A DNA stretch of 55,132 bases from positions 1-55,132 of the IMG/VR virus record IMGVR_UViG_3300031369_000003; one strand, 5' to 3'. This DNA is from a virus (taxonomy: Duplodnaviria > Caudoviricetes). Below the pieces are notes generated by a model that was not told the origin of the DNA, did not search any database, and saw only the letters and a list, made by a program, of their open reading frames with translations. The translations under genes and the position numbers were made by a program. This document shows positions 8,189-18,860 of this stretch, in pieces. The stretch's first letter is position 1, and each line of letters starts with the position of its first letter.

Positions 8189-8353
8189 ATGACATATGAA
8201 CGGTTCTCCCAACTCATGCAGGAAATATTCGATGAAAATCTTCCTGAAGATGAAAAATGGTTAGCAGAAAATAAAACAGCGGATCATGCTTCAGCCGTTA
8301 GGATTTACAATGGATTTATACGTGCTTTTCGTGCCGGTCGGAAACCGGCGTAG
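8189..8353 (+). CDS. 54-aa hypothetical protein missing from the ORF track (MTYERFSQLMQEIF...RAGRKPA)
   Basis: aaggag RBS; open frame ending TAG TAG TAG TAA TAG. Confidence 0.7.
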   Translation: MTYERFSQLMQEIFDENLPEDEKWLAENKTADHASAVRIYNGFIRAFRAGRKPA

Positions 8354-8392
8354 TAGTAGTAATAGCCGGTCAACCCGGCGGAGGAGGGAAAC

Positions 8393-8860
8393 ATGGAAAA
8401 ATTAAGAGAGATAATCAAAAAACAATGTGAAGAAATGGGATGCAAAGCTCGTTTGTCAAAGTTAAAATACAACGATGGGGTGCAATTAAAGTTAGAGCAG
8501 TTTAGAAAGATTAATAATATTGATATCAAATACTCTTTTGATATGCTTAATGCTTGGTATGCAGGTTGGCACAATACGCATTGCGCATTGATCCTCGCAC
8601 AAGGTAAAGGGGCCCCTCATTTATATGAGCATCGCTTCGATGCGGAAGGCGAGGCCAAAAAACGGTTAGAAAATTATCCCGATGCAAATTTTAACATTAT
8701 GTTTTGCAAAATAGGCCAAAAAATTTTTTATTATTTGCGCGAAGATTGTAACTTGGAATGTGATATGTTTGACACGGATAGCTTTGTAACTGCAATACAT
8801 CGATCATATCCCGGAATTTCTGAGGAGGAACGTTGGCTGAATTCGCGGGGCTGCTTGTAA
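8393..8860 (+). CDS. Hypothetical protein
   Basis: ggaggagg RBS; 155 aa. Confidence 0.7.
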   Translation: MEKLREIIKKQCEEMGCKARLSKLKYNDGVQLKLEQFRKINNIDIKYSFDMLNAWYAGWHNTHCALILAQGKGAPHLYEHRFDAEGEAKKRLENYPDANFNIMFCKIGQKIFYYLREDCNLECDMFDTDSFVTAIHRSYPGISEEERWLNSRGCL

Positions 8861-8921
8861 AACCTAAAATCCCGTCAATACAGCCCCACCAGCGCCTAGT
8901 TGGTATAGTAGTAGTAGTAGT

Positions 8922-8945
8922 AAAAACCGCCTTTCGGCGGTCTTT
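8922..8945. terminator. Bidirectional terminator between island and late activator gene
   Basis: aaaaaccgcc-tttc-ggcggtctttt between convergent genes. Confidence 0.75.
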
Positions 8946-9490
8946 TATTGTATTAGTAGTTGCATTTTTTGTAGGGCGGAATCTCGTTTTCTAAAACATT
9001 CTGCGCGACTGTAATGCACCATCCCTGCTATCTTGCTCCAGTTATATCCTTTTATATAGTAGTACTCCACAATGGTTTTTTCCTCCGCCGTTAACTGATC
9101 GAGCATAATGTCAATCACTAAAATATCATTTTGTACCCTGCTCAAATCGCACTTTAGCTTTTTAATCGTCGCATCTTGGTCTAACAGTTTTTGCACTTTT
9201 TTGAGTACCGGATCGCTTGTCCCTGTCCCATGCGGCATACCGTCATTGTTTGCCGCAGCTAAAGCTGATCGTCGATTCAGTTCCTCCTCTAGTCTTTTGC
9301 TAATAATATTTTTGGCAGTCAACATATCATTGTAAGCCCTTAGAGTTGCCTTGATATCCATGCCGCTGTCAAGCTCAACCATGATACAATTATCCATTTT
9401 AACATTGAGGTTACCGTCAATGTCTGCCATAAATCGCCGCTCTATTAGATTATATAATTTGGTTTTTATCATCTTTGCCCTCCTTGACAT
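8945..9490 (-). CDS. ArpU/RinA-family late transcriptional activator (true start may be internal)
   Basis: DGMPHGTGTSDPV and C-terminal sigma-region-4-like LDQLTAEEKTIVEYYYIKGYNWSKIAGMVHYS. Confidence 0.85.
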   Translation of the reverse strand: MSRRAKMIKTKLYNLIERRFMADIDGNLNVKMDNCIMVELDSGMDIKATLRAYNDMLTAKNIISKRLEEELNRRSALAAANNDGMPHGTGTSDPVLKKVQKLLDQDATIKKLKCDLSRVQNDILVIDIMLDQLTAEEKTIVEYYYIKGYNWSKIAGMVHYSRAECFRKRDSALQKMQLLIQ

Positions 9491-10839
9491 TTGTAATTAT
9501 ATTTTTAAAAATAGTCAACATTTCTATCAGCGTTTCGTGAAATTCGCGAGTGATTATAAATGACGTGGCGATAAAACACCCAAACAATCCAAACCAAAAC
9601 AATATAAATCCGTATAATCCTCCCCAGAAAACGACTCCAAACGATACGGCCATAGTTGATAATAATAGTAAAAAGTAATACATTAGCGCCCTCCTTTGCT
9701 TCTTTTTACCTTATATCCCTGACTTTTTAATTCCATTATGCAAAGTTCCAAATATTTACAAGCCGGTTGACCATATCCGCCATAGCAAATCAATGGGCCG
9801 TGAGTTACTACAATGTTTGTTTTATATTTTCCAGCATTACATTCGTTCATTTTTAATACCTCCTTAATATCTCAGCCATGGTTCCGGTGGTTGAATTCAC
9901 TCTCCTTTTGGTTCAAAGCCCCAGCAACAACCATTTTTATTATGTTCGATGCAAAAATCCAAATGAATTTCTCCGGACTGGTCTTTGATAAAATCTCTTT
10001 TGTATTGCCAAAAATATTTATCACATTGATTTGTTATATCATCCATGCTAAAACCGCTATTTGAAATGGGGGTTGCAAATTGATTATTTTGATAATGCTT
10101 ACATTCCTTACATATTGACCATCTACGTTTTGCTAACCAATATAGTAGTCTAATCATCCTTTATCACCTCCTAAAAATTCCATCATCTTTTTCGATAACT
10201 CTGTTTCTTTTCCATAACAATTTTCGATTTCTTTCACCGCTTGTTCTATCATCTTTTCCGCCTCCAAATTATTACTACACCTATTGTAACAACAACACAG
10301 CCTATTACTCCCGCCAAATTCGGCCCAATTTCAATCATTTCAGCCCTGCCTCCTTCAAATGTCTATCAATACAAGCTTTTAATGATTTATCCCGAAACGG
10401 TATCCAGCACAACATTAATCGTTTTGCTTGTTCGTCCCAGTCTCTATGCGCCGCTTCAATAGCTGCCTTTTCTGCGTCTGTATATTGCTTTTTCATTTCC
10501 CGGCTCCTTTCAAACAAAACCCTGATTTTGTTTAGTTGTGTACCAATTGCCGTTCACGGTATTAAGTTCAAACGTTTCTCCGTGTAGCGCCCCATATAAT
10601 TCGATTTCCGCGTCCGTACAATTTTTCAATCTTCCTGCAAAAACCTCATTAATTTCGCCCAATGTTAGATTTTTTTCATTGAGATCGATTATCTCGCCGT
10701 CGATTGTCAAAGTCGCCCATCCATAGCAATCGCAAAGTCTGTCAGCGTTAATAATCGTTGTCTGTTCTGGACTGCAATTCAAACAACCGTAAAATTGTGG
10801 ATTTTCAATCGGTTTGTTTTTCATCACATATAACCCCAT
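9450..10839 (-). other. Cluster of small early hypothetical genes (9450-9683 membrane, 9897-10157, 10335-10517, 10510-10839)
   Basis: Tightly packed co-oriented ORFs with RBSs. Confidence 0.55.
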
Positions 10840-11180
10840 ACCCTTAATTGTTTTATCGCGTCATCAATCCCCTTACAAACCGCCGTTTCCCATCCGTAAG
10901 CCGCTAATATATTCAGCCAAAAACGTTGATTATCCGATACCTTACTGCCCTTAACCCGTTTCAATTCAATCGCCGCGCCAACTGATTCTGGGCAATTCGG
11001 GGGTTTATCGAATATAATCACGTCCGGAAATCCCGGCTTCACTCCTAACCGCTTTCTTTTGGCTAAATACTGTGGTTTTGCTTTGGTTTCGTTCGGGACG
11101 TGTGTCCACAACAACCTTAGGCTATCTAGTAACTGCGCTAATGCTTCCTGATCCTGTTCCTCTTTTGCTATTATCTGCAT
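10824..11180 (-). CDS. VRR-NUC domain nuclease (resolvase-like)
   Basis: HVPNE...GVKPGFPDVII...IELKR...SDNQRFW. Confidence 0.85.
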   Translation of the reverse strand: MQIIAKEEQDQEALAQLLDSLRLLWTHVPNETKAKPQYLAKRKRLGVKPGFPDVIIFDKPPNCPESVGAAIELKRVKGSKVSDNQRFWLNILAAYGWETAVCKGIDDAIKQLRVWGYM

Positions 11181-11267
11181 CCTTGCCCCTCCTCTCCTTC
11201 TCTAAATCAATATCTATAATCATTGCTACAAGCAAGTTTTGTTTTAGTATTCGTTTACTTGGTGATT

Positions 11268-11543
11268 TTATTTGCATGGTTCGCAATTTGTAGCCTCCTC
11301 GTCACCCATAATTTCATCAAGCCATTTATCGCAACATGTAATACAGGTATAACATTGTTTAGGCCCATCCAAAAAGCAAGTTTCATATAAGGCATTTTCA
11401 CCAATTTTAATTGTTTCGCCGCAATTACAACATTCATGGTCTTTTCGGACTTTTACAACTTTTTGAGTTTCATATTGGGTATCTTCATCAGACCCGTAAA
11501 ATTCAGTTGATTCATAGATTTTCTTTGAGTATTTCATTCCCAT
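11268..11543 (-). CDS. Zn-finger hypothetical protein
   Basis: RKDHECCNCGETI...CITC. Confidence 0.65.
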   Translation of the reverse strand: MGMKYSKKIYESTEFYGSDEDTQYETQKVVKVRKDHECCNCGETIKIGENALYETCFLDGPKQCYTCITCCDKWLDEIMGDEEATNCEPCK

Positions 11544-11554
11544 CCCCCCAATTC

Positions 11555-11929
11555 CTAATTTTCGTAAATGTTGCCGATGATTTCAAATAGTTTTCTGCAG
11601 CTTGGTTCCATTGCTCCAGGAATACTAATAAGCCAAGTACATAATCCACCTTTTCCGGGTAATGGCTCTATTTTAAAGCCCGTAGTATTCCATTTAATTA
11701 TTCCGATACAATCCTGATTCCAAAAACCTTCGCCTGGTTTATAAACATAATGAATAATATCCCCCTCACAAATCTCCTTGCCGTTTTTGTCATGTAGGCC
11801 GGTAAATTGCATTAATTCAAGCCGATCACATTCAAACAAACGTAAATTATATATTGATTTTAATTTATCCCAATCTATCATTTTTTTGTGTTTTTTATCC
11901 CACGCCCTAAATTTAATCTCTCTGCTCAT
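11555..11929 (-). CDS. YopX-family protein
   Basis: REIKFRAWDK...MQFTGLHDKNGKEICEGDII...EIIGNIYEN. Confidence 0.9.
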   Translation of the reverse strand: MSREIKFRAWDKKHKKMIDWDKLKSIYNLRLFECDRLELMQFTGLHDKNGKEICEGDIIHYVYKPGEGFWNQDCIGIIKWNTTGFKIEPLPGKGGLCTWLISIPGAMEPSCRKLFEIIGNIYEN

Positions 11930-12305
11930 TTCGCCCTCCTAACAGCTCGGGGTTATCCCATTTGTTTCCAACTAATGTCATTATTTTATTCCAAAAACTA
12001 AGCCCAATATAGCTCGAACTGCCAATTTGTTTACCCATAATTGCTATATCGTTCCAAACAACTTGATATTTGATATTTGAATCGCCAAGATTAAATATGT
12101 CACCTTCAAACCACCATATACCATTAATCTCAACGCCCATACCAACGGTTTCTGATCTCACCCGATACGCCCACGGCATACCAGCACTGTTTGAGATATA
12201 AAATCCTTTTTCTGGTTGGCCTTTATACCCTTTTGATTCAGATAAAAGTCCGAAACACCATTCGCCATTAATTGTCTCCCCGCGAAATCTAACCATTTCA
12301 TTCAC
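11913..12305 (-). CDS. YopX-family protein
   Basis: RFRG...ETVG...FEGDI...VGNKWDNPELL. Confidence 0.8.
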   Translation of the reverse strand: MNEMVRFRGETINGEWCFGLLSESKGYKGQPEKGFYISNSAGMPWAYRVRSETVGMGVEINGIWWFEGDIFNLGDSNIKYQVVWNDIAIMGKQIGSSSYIGLSFWNKIMTLVGNKWDNPELLGGRNEQRD

Positions 12306-12781
12306 TCCTTTTGTTGCAATCTCCTTAACGCGCTATACATAATTTCCCGCTCGGCTTTTGAGTTTTTTTCAAACCCATTTCTAACATCACAATTTCCCTT
12401 GTAATTTTTGTGGATACATCTTGCCGCCAGATTTTCATCCACCCATAGCAGACCCCATCCATCTGGCAAATCCTTTTTTTGTAGCAGTCCATTCGGGCAA
12501 CAATAAAATCTTTGTGTTCCCATACCAATCGCCGGACAAATTCGGAATGGTTTTTGCCTATCTGCCACAAAATCAGATTTTGACATTTTGCACTCGACCA
12601 ATATCGACAAATCAGCCCCGCCGAATCCGATTACATCCGGTATCTCATTGTTGCAAACCGCTGCGCGTAGTTCTTTTAGCGCCACCCCGCAGCTTCCATT
12701 TTTTAGTACCCATTTGTAAGCTGCGTTAACTAAATCTGTATGCGTCATATGTCTCCTTTTGTTACATTTCTGTAAATCCAC
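12302..12781 (-). CDS. PD-(D/E)XK nuclease-like protein (MmcB-like)
   Basis: EIPDVIGF...LVECKMSKSDFVADRQK...LPDGWGLL. Confidence 0.7.
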   Translation of the reverse strand: MDLQKCNKRRHMTHTDLVNAAYKWVLKNGSCGVALKELRAAVCNNEIPDVIGFGGADLSILVECKMSKSDFVADRQKPFRICPAIGMGTQRFYCCPNGLLQKKDLPDGWGLLWVDENLAARCIHKNYKGNCDVRNGFEKNSKAEREIMYSALRRLQQKE

Positions 12782-12919
12782 TAAAGTTTTAATTTGAAAT
12801 GCCGAATTTATATGTTATGTATGCATTTTTGAGAGGGATTAAAGTCTAACGATTAAATACCTTAACCCCTCCGGTAATCTTTTTTTATCGTCACGCTATC
12901 AATGGCAAATCGATCAAAT

Positions 12920-13679
12920 TTATTGTTGTGGAGTCGTAGCCTCCTTTGCTTTTCGCAATGCCTCCGGATTGCCTTTTCGATTGCTAAATGGATTCTTACC
13001 CATCCGAAATAGATATAACGGGCAACGCTCGACGGTACAATTCCTTACCTCGTCCTGCTGCTGGCAAGTACAATCCATACATTTGTTTCTAATTGCTTTT
13101 CCTAATACACTCATATCAATATCACCTCATATTTATTATTTTTACACGTAAATGCAATGGTTTTTGCAGGTTAATGCATCTCGGCTTGTATTCGTACCCT
13201 TTAAATTAAATCAGGATTAAATCGGTAAATTAAGCTCTATTCCAGAAATTGCTTTTAGTATTCCGATACTTCCGCTCTATCTTCAATCTCTTGGGCTACA
13301 TTTGTAAAATCAATCGATGCTAGAATTGCCTTAATTTCCTGCTGTTTCTCCAAATAATTCGTTCCATAACTGGCAGGCCCGATATAGTCTGAAATTGTTT
13401 TTGTTACCGCTTGACGTATCATTTCGGCATCAATTTCAACGTCAACATCAACATTGATTATCATTTAAATCATCCCTTTCATTTATTAAACGTCTGCCCG
13501 CTCGACCTTTCTGCTTTTGCCACAAAGTATTTCATCAATTTCAAATGATTTTCTACCGTTTCCCCTGCTGCCAATGCGTCTAGATAAATACCGACTATTT
13601 TTCGTAAATTTCGCAGTGGTTCGATTTCTGCTGTCAGCTCTGCGATGCGTTGTGTTTTATGGCTATTGATTGTTTGCAA
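12920..13679 (-). other. Small hypothetical genes (12920-13114 Cys-rich, 13255-13464, 13479-13679)
   Basis: Co-oriented ORFs. Confidence 0.55.
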
Positions 13680-14542
13680 GTTGCTGATTTTATCGCTGAT
13701 TTCTTTGGTCGTAATTGCTCCTCATTAAATAAATTTGGTTGTTCCATTTCCTCATGTTGCGGAATAAATAACATTTCTTGTGCTGCTTCTTTTTCGAATC
13801 TTCTACATCCGTCATCAAAATATTCTGGATCAATTTCGCATCCCCAAAAGTCAAAACCCATTATTCTGGCAGCAATTCTGGATGATTGTGATCCTAAATG
13901 GGTATCTAGGATTTTATCACCCGGTTTGGCATAGTTTTTCAGTTGCCAAATATATAGAGCAACGGGTTTTTGGGTTGGATGAATGCGAGTTTCTTTATGT
14001 TTCATATCTTGTTGAAGCATGCCATTCCATTTGTAGCGAAAAATTTTAACACTTTCAATTAAATCAATGCTCGCCAATTCGCAATCACTAAAAGGCGTAT
14101 TGTCATTGACTTTATCCCAAACAATCCTGCCAACCGGTTGCAAAAAATTATAATAATTGCATCCCCAAATTATTTGATGGTCAGAAGCTCTTTTTAATTC
14201 ATCATAATATTTTCGAGTGGGAATTCCAGAATCCCAAAACTTAACATTACCTTTGTTTTCTTTACGAGCATTATTAACCCGACTGTTAAAATAGTCATCC
14301 TTGGCAATTCCCTTAAAATACGGCGGGTCGACTATCGCCAAATCAAAATATTTATCTGGAAACTTTGCCATAAAGTCCATGCAGTCACAACATTCAACGA
14401 TTGATGTTGGGGTCATTTTTTTAATCCTCTCTAAATAATCGCACTTTTCGCAGTAAACCCATATATTATCAAGCTGAAATAATGGTCTGCCACATTGACA
14501 TTTTTGAGTTAGTTTTATGATTGTGTGGCCGTTGCGGTTCAT
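13634..14542 (-). CDS. Orphan N6-adenine/N4-cytosine DNA methyltransferase, beta class (internal start at 14416 possible)
   Basis: DPPY, HPTQKP, ILDTHLGSQSS motifs. Confidence 0.9.
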   Translation of the reverse strand: MNRNGHTIIKLTQKCQCGRPLFQLDNIWVYCEKCDYLERIKKMTPTSIVECCDCMDFMAKFPDKYFDLAIVDPPYFKGIAKDDYFNSRVNNARKENKGNVKFWDSGIPTRKYYDELKRASDHQIIWGCNYYNFLQPVGRIVWDKVNDNTPFSDCELASIDLIESVKIFRYKWNGMLQQDMKHKETRIHPTQKPVALYIWQLKNYAKPGDKILDTHLGSQSSRIAARIMGFDFWGCEIDPEYFDDGCRRFEKEAAQEMLFIPQHEEMEQPNLFNEEQLRPKKSAIKSATCKQSIAIKHNASQS

Positions 14543-14553
14543 GTTTGGCCTCC

Positions 14554-15501
14554 TTATCTCTTCCGGTAATCCTCAAAATTCATTTCTTGACCGCGACACA
14601 TTTCCCACAATCTTGATGAAATTGCTTTCGCGTTTTCCTCGTTGTTCTTGGTTGTGAATCTTTGAGTTAAATCATCGATATCATAATTCGTAGTAATAAC
14701 AAGCGGTAAATTGTTTTCGTAACGCTCGTTAATAATGTGATACAGCTTTTCTAAAACCCATTCATTTACCCGCTCTTTACCTAAATCATCAAGTATTAGC
14801 AAGTCAACCGTCCCATATAGGTCGAGAATTTCAGCTTCGGATTCATCCCGGTCGTAACTTTCTTTAAGCTTCCCTAAAAGGCTTATTACAGTCCCAAATA
14901 TTACTGGCGTCCCTTTCGTGATTAAATAATTTGCTATCGCCGCCGCTAAATGGGTTTTCCCGCTTCCGAAACTACCATTAAAATTAAGCCCAATTCCCTC
15001 GGTTTTGTACTTTTCAAATTCTATTGCATACTTTTGAGCGGTTTCAAAAATTATTTTATTGTCATCAAAAACCTGAAAGTTCTCGAATGTCCGGTTTTTA
15101 AATCGCTCGCCTAATTTACTTTGCTTGAATAACTTTTCGATTTTTGCCTGATGTTCAGCTCGCGTCAGGGCTGTTTCCTCATCAATCAACCGTTCCTCTT
15201 CTTTTTTAGCAGCTTCATACCGTTCTTTTACGGCTCCTTCACATTGACACTCTTCAAATTTGTTCCAAGCGATTATTTCCCGCCTCATCATTGCCCGCCG
15301 TCCGATTGGGTTTAATTCACTACCGCAATAAATACAATTTATGGATTCAGGCGGTTCGAACGCAAATGCGAAATTTAAATATTCAGCTTCATCCGGTGTA
15401 AAAAAAACTGTCATTTCCGTTATCTCTTTAATTGAGAGGGCGGGAATTAAACCGTTTTGATTCGGCTGATTGTTGTTTAGGATTTTGTTTAGGGGTTTCA
15501 T
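14554..15501 (-). CDS. DnaC/IstB-like helicase loader ATPase
   Basis: GSFGSGKT Walker A, LLILDDLG Walker B, ITTN. Confidence 0.9.
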   Translation of the reverse strand: MKPLNKILNNNQPNQNGLIPALSIKEITEMTVFFTPDEAEYLNFAFAFEPPESINCIYCGSELNPIGRRAMMRREIIAWNKFEECQCEGAVKERYEAAKKEEERLIDEETALTRAEHQAKIEKLFKQSKLGERFKNRTFENFQVFDDNKIIFETAQKYAIEFEKYKTEGIGLNFNGSFGSGKTHLAAAIANYLITKGTPVIFGTVISLLGKLKESYDRDESEAEILDLYGTVDLLILDDLGKERVNEWVLEKLYHIINERYENNLPLVITTNYDIDDLTQRFTTKNNEENAKAISSRLWEMCRGQEMNFEDYRKR

Positions 15502-16144
15502 TGGTGGCCTCCTTGTTTGCTTTTCTTTCCCAATTAAGGATAGTCATATAATCATTCTTATACTTGACTCCCTTGCTGCCTTTATAGAGGTTTAGGTTTT
15601 CAACCCGTTCATTGGTTCCTGTCTCACCGAATTGCTCTATAAGTTTTTTATGTTCCTCTTCGGTCATAGTCACAAATTCGGCATATATGTTTTTTACATT
15701 CTTATCATTCTTATCATTCTTATCATTCTTGTTAGTTGTCGGTGCTTTGTCGGTGCTTTGTCGGTGCTTTGTCGGTGCTTTGTCGGTCTCTTTGTCGGTC
15801 TGTTCATCCCAGCCTTGATAAACACCCCAATTAACAATGTTTATAAGCCTTCCTGTCTTTGTCGTTTTGTTTGTCAAAAATTCGAGCTTTTCGAAATTTA
15901 CTAATGCGGTTCTCACGGATCTAATACTGACGCCGCTTTTCGTCACTATCGATTGGAGGCTTGTTACAAACTGACCAGGTTCCGCCTTAAACTTATCACC
16001 ATTCCAAATCCACTCTCTTTCTTGATGATTAGCCATCATCAATAGAGTGATCAATACAACCTTTTGCTCCGGTTTGGATTGCGTCCATATTGCTTTTTCC
16101 ATCAAGCACCGATAAAGTTTCACATATCCTTCAGGTGCCGCCAT
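15428..16144 (-). CDS. Phage replication initiator (replisome organizer)
   Basis: GYVKLYR N-terminus, internal iterons, directly upstream of loader. Confidence 0.85.
   Translation of the reverse strand: MAAPEGYVKLYRCLMEKAIWTQSKPEQKVVLITLLMMANHQEREWIWNGDKFKAEPGQFVTSLQSIVTKSGVSIRSVRTALVNFEKLEFLTNKTTKTGRLINIVNWGVYQGWDEQTDKETDKAPTKHRQSTDKAPTTNKNDKNDKNDKNVKNIYAEFVTMTEEEHKKLIEQFGETGTNERVENLNLYKGSKGVKYKNDYMTILNWERKANKEATNETPKQNPKQQSAESKRFNSRPLN
15697..15803. repeat. Replication-origin iterons: GTCGGTGCTTT x4 (15738-15781) plus two variants, and CATTCTTAT x3
   Basis: Tandem repeats inside the initiator gene, as in lambdoid origins. Confidence 0.85.
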
Positions 16145-16145
16145 A

Positions 16146-17182
16146 TCATTTAATCTCCTCCTCCGCTTTCCGCAACCAATACTCCCTTAATTCCTCAGCC
16201 ACGCGTTCCCGCTGCCCTGGTTCTGTCAGGTTGACTAAAACCGATTCGCTTATCAATTCGAAAGCTCGTTCCAGCACTTTGTTTTTCTGAAATAGTTCGT
16301 CTTTTTCGGTCAAAAGTTGATATTCGTCAAGGTTGGTCATTCACTCACCCACTTCCAATAAACAGTAATTTCAAAACAAAAAATTATGAATTTAATTTCG
16401 CATATAGAATTTATCCGGCACCAGCCGAACCCAAAGGCAATCGCTCCGGATTGTTTCCCTAAAGTTTGTCGACAATATATCTCTGCTTGTTTCATTCATT
16501 TGCCCGCTTTCTCAAAATCTTTTCCCACAAATATCACAAATTTGGCATTCTGGCTGCATCACACATTCGCCGGGAATGTAGCTATACTCAGTATGATTTA
16601 TTTTGTGTCCGCAAGTTGGTTTAAACCGTTCAAATCGCTCCTTGTGCCTTTTCTGCTTATAACCGCATTTGATATGCATATGCCTATCAAAACCGCATAT
16701 TGTCACTTCAAAATCGCAATCATCAAATTCTTTACAAAAATGTCTTTCGTAAAAATACCGCTGCCCTTTTTCAATTTTTCTGCCGCAAATGTCACAAACA
16801 TGATCTTTACGGGCTTTTCTAATCTTCACTCAATCACCTTCATTCGGATAAATATTGACAGCATAGCCGCCTTTATGGTCATTTGTAATTACCATTTTGT
16901 GGCCTGACTCGTCGATCGCTTTAACAACTCGGTAACCCGTTAAAACAATGCCAATAATCATCCCGGTGATTAAGCCAACAAGTAGCAGAAACATTAGTGT
17001 TCACCTGCTTTCTCATTAACCGCTTCAACAATCAAATCCGCCAATTCTCCATATCGGTTTTCTTTCCAATCAACTCCATTGCAACCGATTAAAATCAATT
17101 CATTACCAAATTTGATATAGTGAGCTTCTGAATAAGGATAATTGTTTAAATAATCAGTATAAATTACATGCTCTAGTTTCAT
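16146..17182 (-). other. Small hypothetical genes (16146-16340, 16512-16829 Zn-finger, 16994-17182)
   Basis: Co-oriented ORFs. Confidence 0.55.
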
Positions 17183-17793
17183 TTTGCCCTCACCTCTGCC
17201 ACAAATACCATCGGATTATTAGCCCAATTATAGCCCGGTTTGGCGCGGGAGTCCCAAGTTTTAGTAAACACGGGCTTGCCCGTAAAATAGCCCCGATTAT
17301 CGCCCCAATATGTCCATTCAATCCCTTCGGCATCAATATCTTTTTCAGAAATATCCTGTACCCGCTCCACCCAAATCCGCTCAGGCACAATGGTCAACCG
17401 GGAGGCTTCGCGAGGCATGGTGACGGGTGATTTCCAGCAAAATGGTTCGACTATTGCCGATTCGGGAATATCTGGGTTGTCATCTGTAGCCTGATAAATA
17501 TAAGTTGGATCGTAGGGAAGACCTCCGGGAGTTGAATCGCCACGCTGCCAAATTCCCCACGTCTCCTTACACCAAATTTCCTCCCCGGCCGCACCGAACG
17601 GGCAGGTGAAATGCTCTGAGCAGCAAAAATCATCATCATACCAAAACATCTTATCCTCATATTTACCGCTCGTTTCACGGCCTAATTTATAATTGTCGTT
17701 CGGCGGTTGAACCTTGCAAACTCGCCTTATCTGCCCATGTCCATTCTTTTGCAGGTTTTGAAGTTCGAAGTCATACAGAATAATTGATTTCAT
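17179..17793 (-). CDS. ASCH/PUA-like phage protein
   Basis: CPFG...IWCKETW...WKSPVTMPREASRL...VERVQDISEKD...EG...WANNPMV; start trimmed relative to the track ORF. Confidence 0.75.
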   Translation of the reverse strand: MKSIILYDFELQNLQKNGHGQIRRVCKVQPPNDNYKLGRETSGKYEDKMFWYDDDFCCSEHFTCPFGAAGEEIWCKETWGIWQRGDSTPGGLPYDPTYIYQATDDNPDIPESAIVEPFCWKSPVTMPREASRLTIVPERIWVERVQDISEKDIDAEGIEWTYWGDNRGYFTGKPVFTKTWDSRAKPGYNWANNPMVFVAEVRAK

Positions 17794-18074
17794 TGTGATC
17801 ATCCTCCCATCTTTGACATTATAAATAGACAAATCCCTATCATTCCGGCAACCGCTCCCAATATAAATCCGATGATAATGCCACCATAAAATGGGTTCAT
17901 TGGGTACCCTCCTTGAATTCCTCGTTGTATGGCACAAAAGTACAAGTGGTATTATAGAAATCCCAGCGCCCATGTTCGTCTTGACGCTGTTCTGCGTTTT
18001 GGTATAGCCACCCGCCCGGAACGCGGGTTATTCCCATCATATCGTTAATCACGCAACATTCATGCAGTTTCAAA

Positions 18075-18416
18075 TCATAAATGTTCATTTCGATATCTCC
18101 TTAAATTACCTGCTTCAACCACTTCACCAAGATTAATACGCCAATACTCACCAGCAAGATCTAATCGAAACCCATTAGAAAATGTTGTATATATTTGGAA
18201 TATAGTATCAAATCCTTCAAACTCAGCGATAAAATAGGGTTTATCTTTTCCGTATCCATTCGTAAATTTCACAAAGTCGTATTTTCGTTCCTGACCATTA
18301 CGGTCATATAGGCGCATTGTCATCCATCTGCTTTTTTCGCGTATTTCAAAGTTTTTTTCCCCGGTAACCATCACGTCAAACGGAGCTTTTTTAATGGTTA
18401 AGGTTAATGTGGTCAT
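18075..18416 (-). CDS. ASCH-domain protein
   Basis: LTIKKAPFDVMVTGEKNFEIRE...FTNGY. Confidence 0.75.
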   Translation of the reverse strand: MTTLTLTIKKAPFDVMVTGEKNFEIREKSRWMTMRLYDRNGQERKYDFVKFTNGYGKDKPYFIAEFEGFDTIFQIYTTFSNGFRLDLAGEYWRINLGEVVEAGNLRRYRNEHL

Positions 18417-18860
18417 TGCGCGGCCTCCTTGAAATGCTTTTTAAGCGTTTCTAAGCAATTTAATCCATAATTACCACCAGGACAATTATTTTTTAACGGG
18501 CATCCTTCACAATTTCCTCTTACAGTATGCATAATCCATTCACACGCCCGTTCCAAGGATTGGGTTAATTCGACATTTTCCCGCTCCAATTCCACCACTT
18601 TAGATTCGATTTCTACCCATGATTTTGCAGTCATGATTTCACCGCCTTTAACTCGACTTCTAAAGGTTCGGATTCCCATTTTAGATCAGGAAACAAATCT
18701 TTAAACATCCTCGTAGAATCGTCAAAACTAATCCAATAATCTTCGCTCGCCATGCGTATAGGTTTAGTCGCGTGAAGGCTTATAGTACCGTCACCATTTC
18801 TTGCTACCCACATTTTATCCCCTTCCCGGCGCTAGGGTTACTAGCGCCAAATGAATATTT

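Noticed and set aside
15697-15803. CRISPR-like or novel repeat array
   Set aside because: Spacerless tandem iterons within the replication initiator, an ordinary phage origin
17794-17973. N-terminal 60 aa of track ORF 17179-17973
   Set aside because: Overlaps other small genes; RBS ggagg near 17803-17807 supports a start at 17802 or 17793
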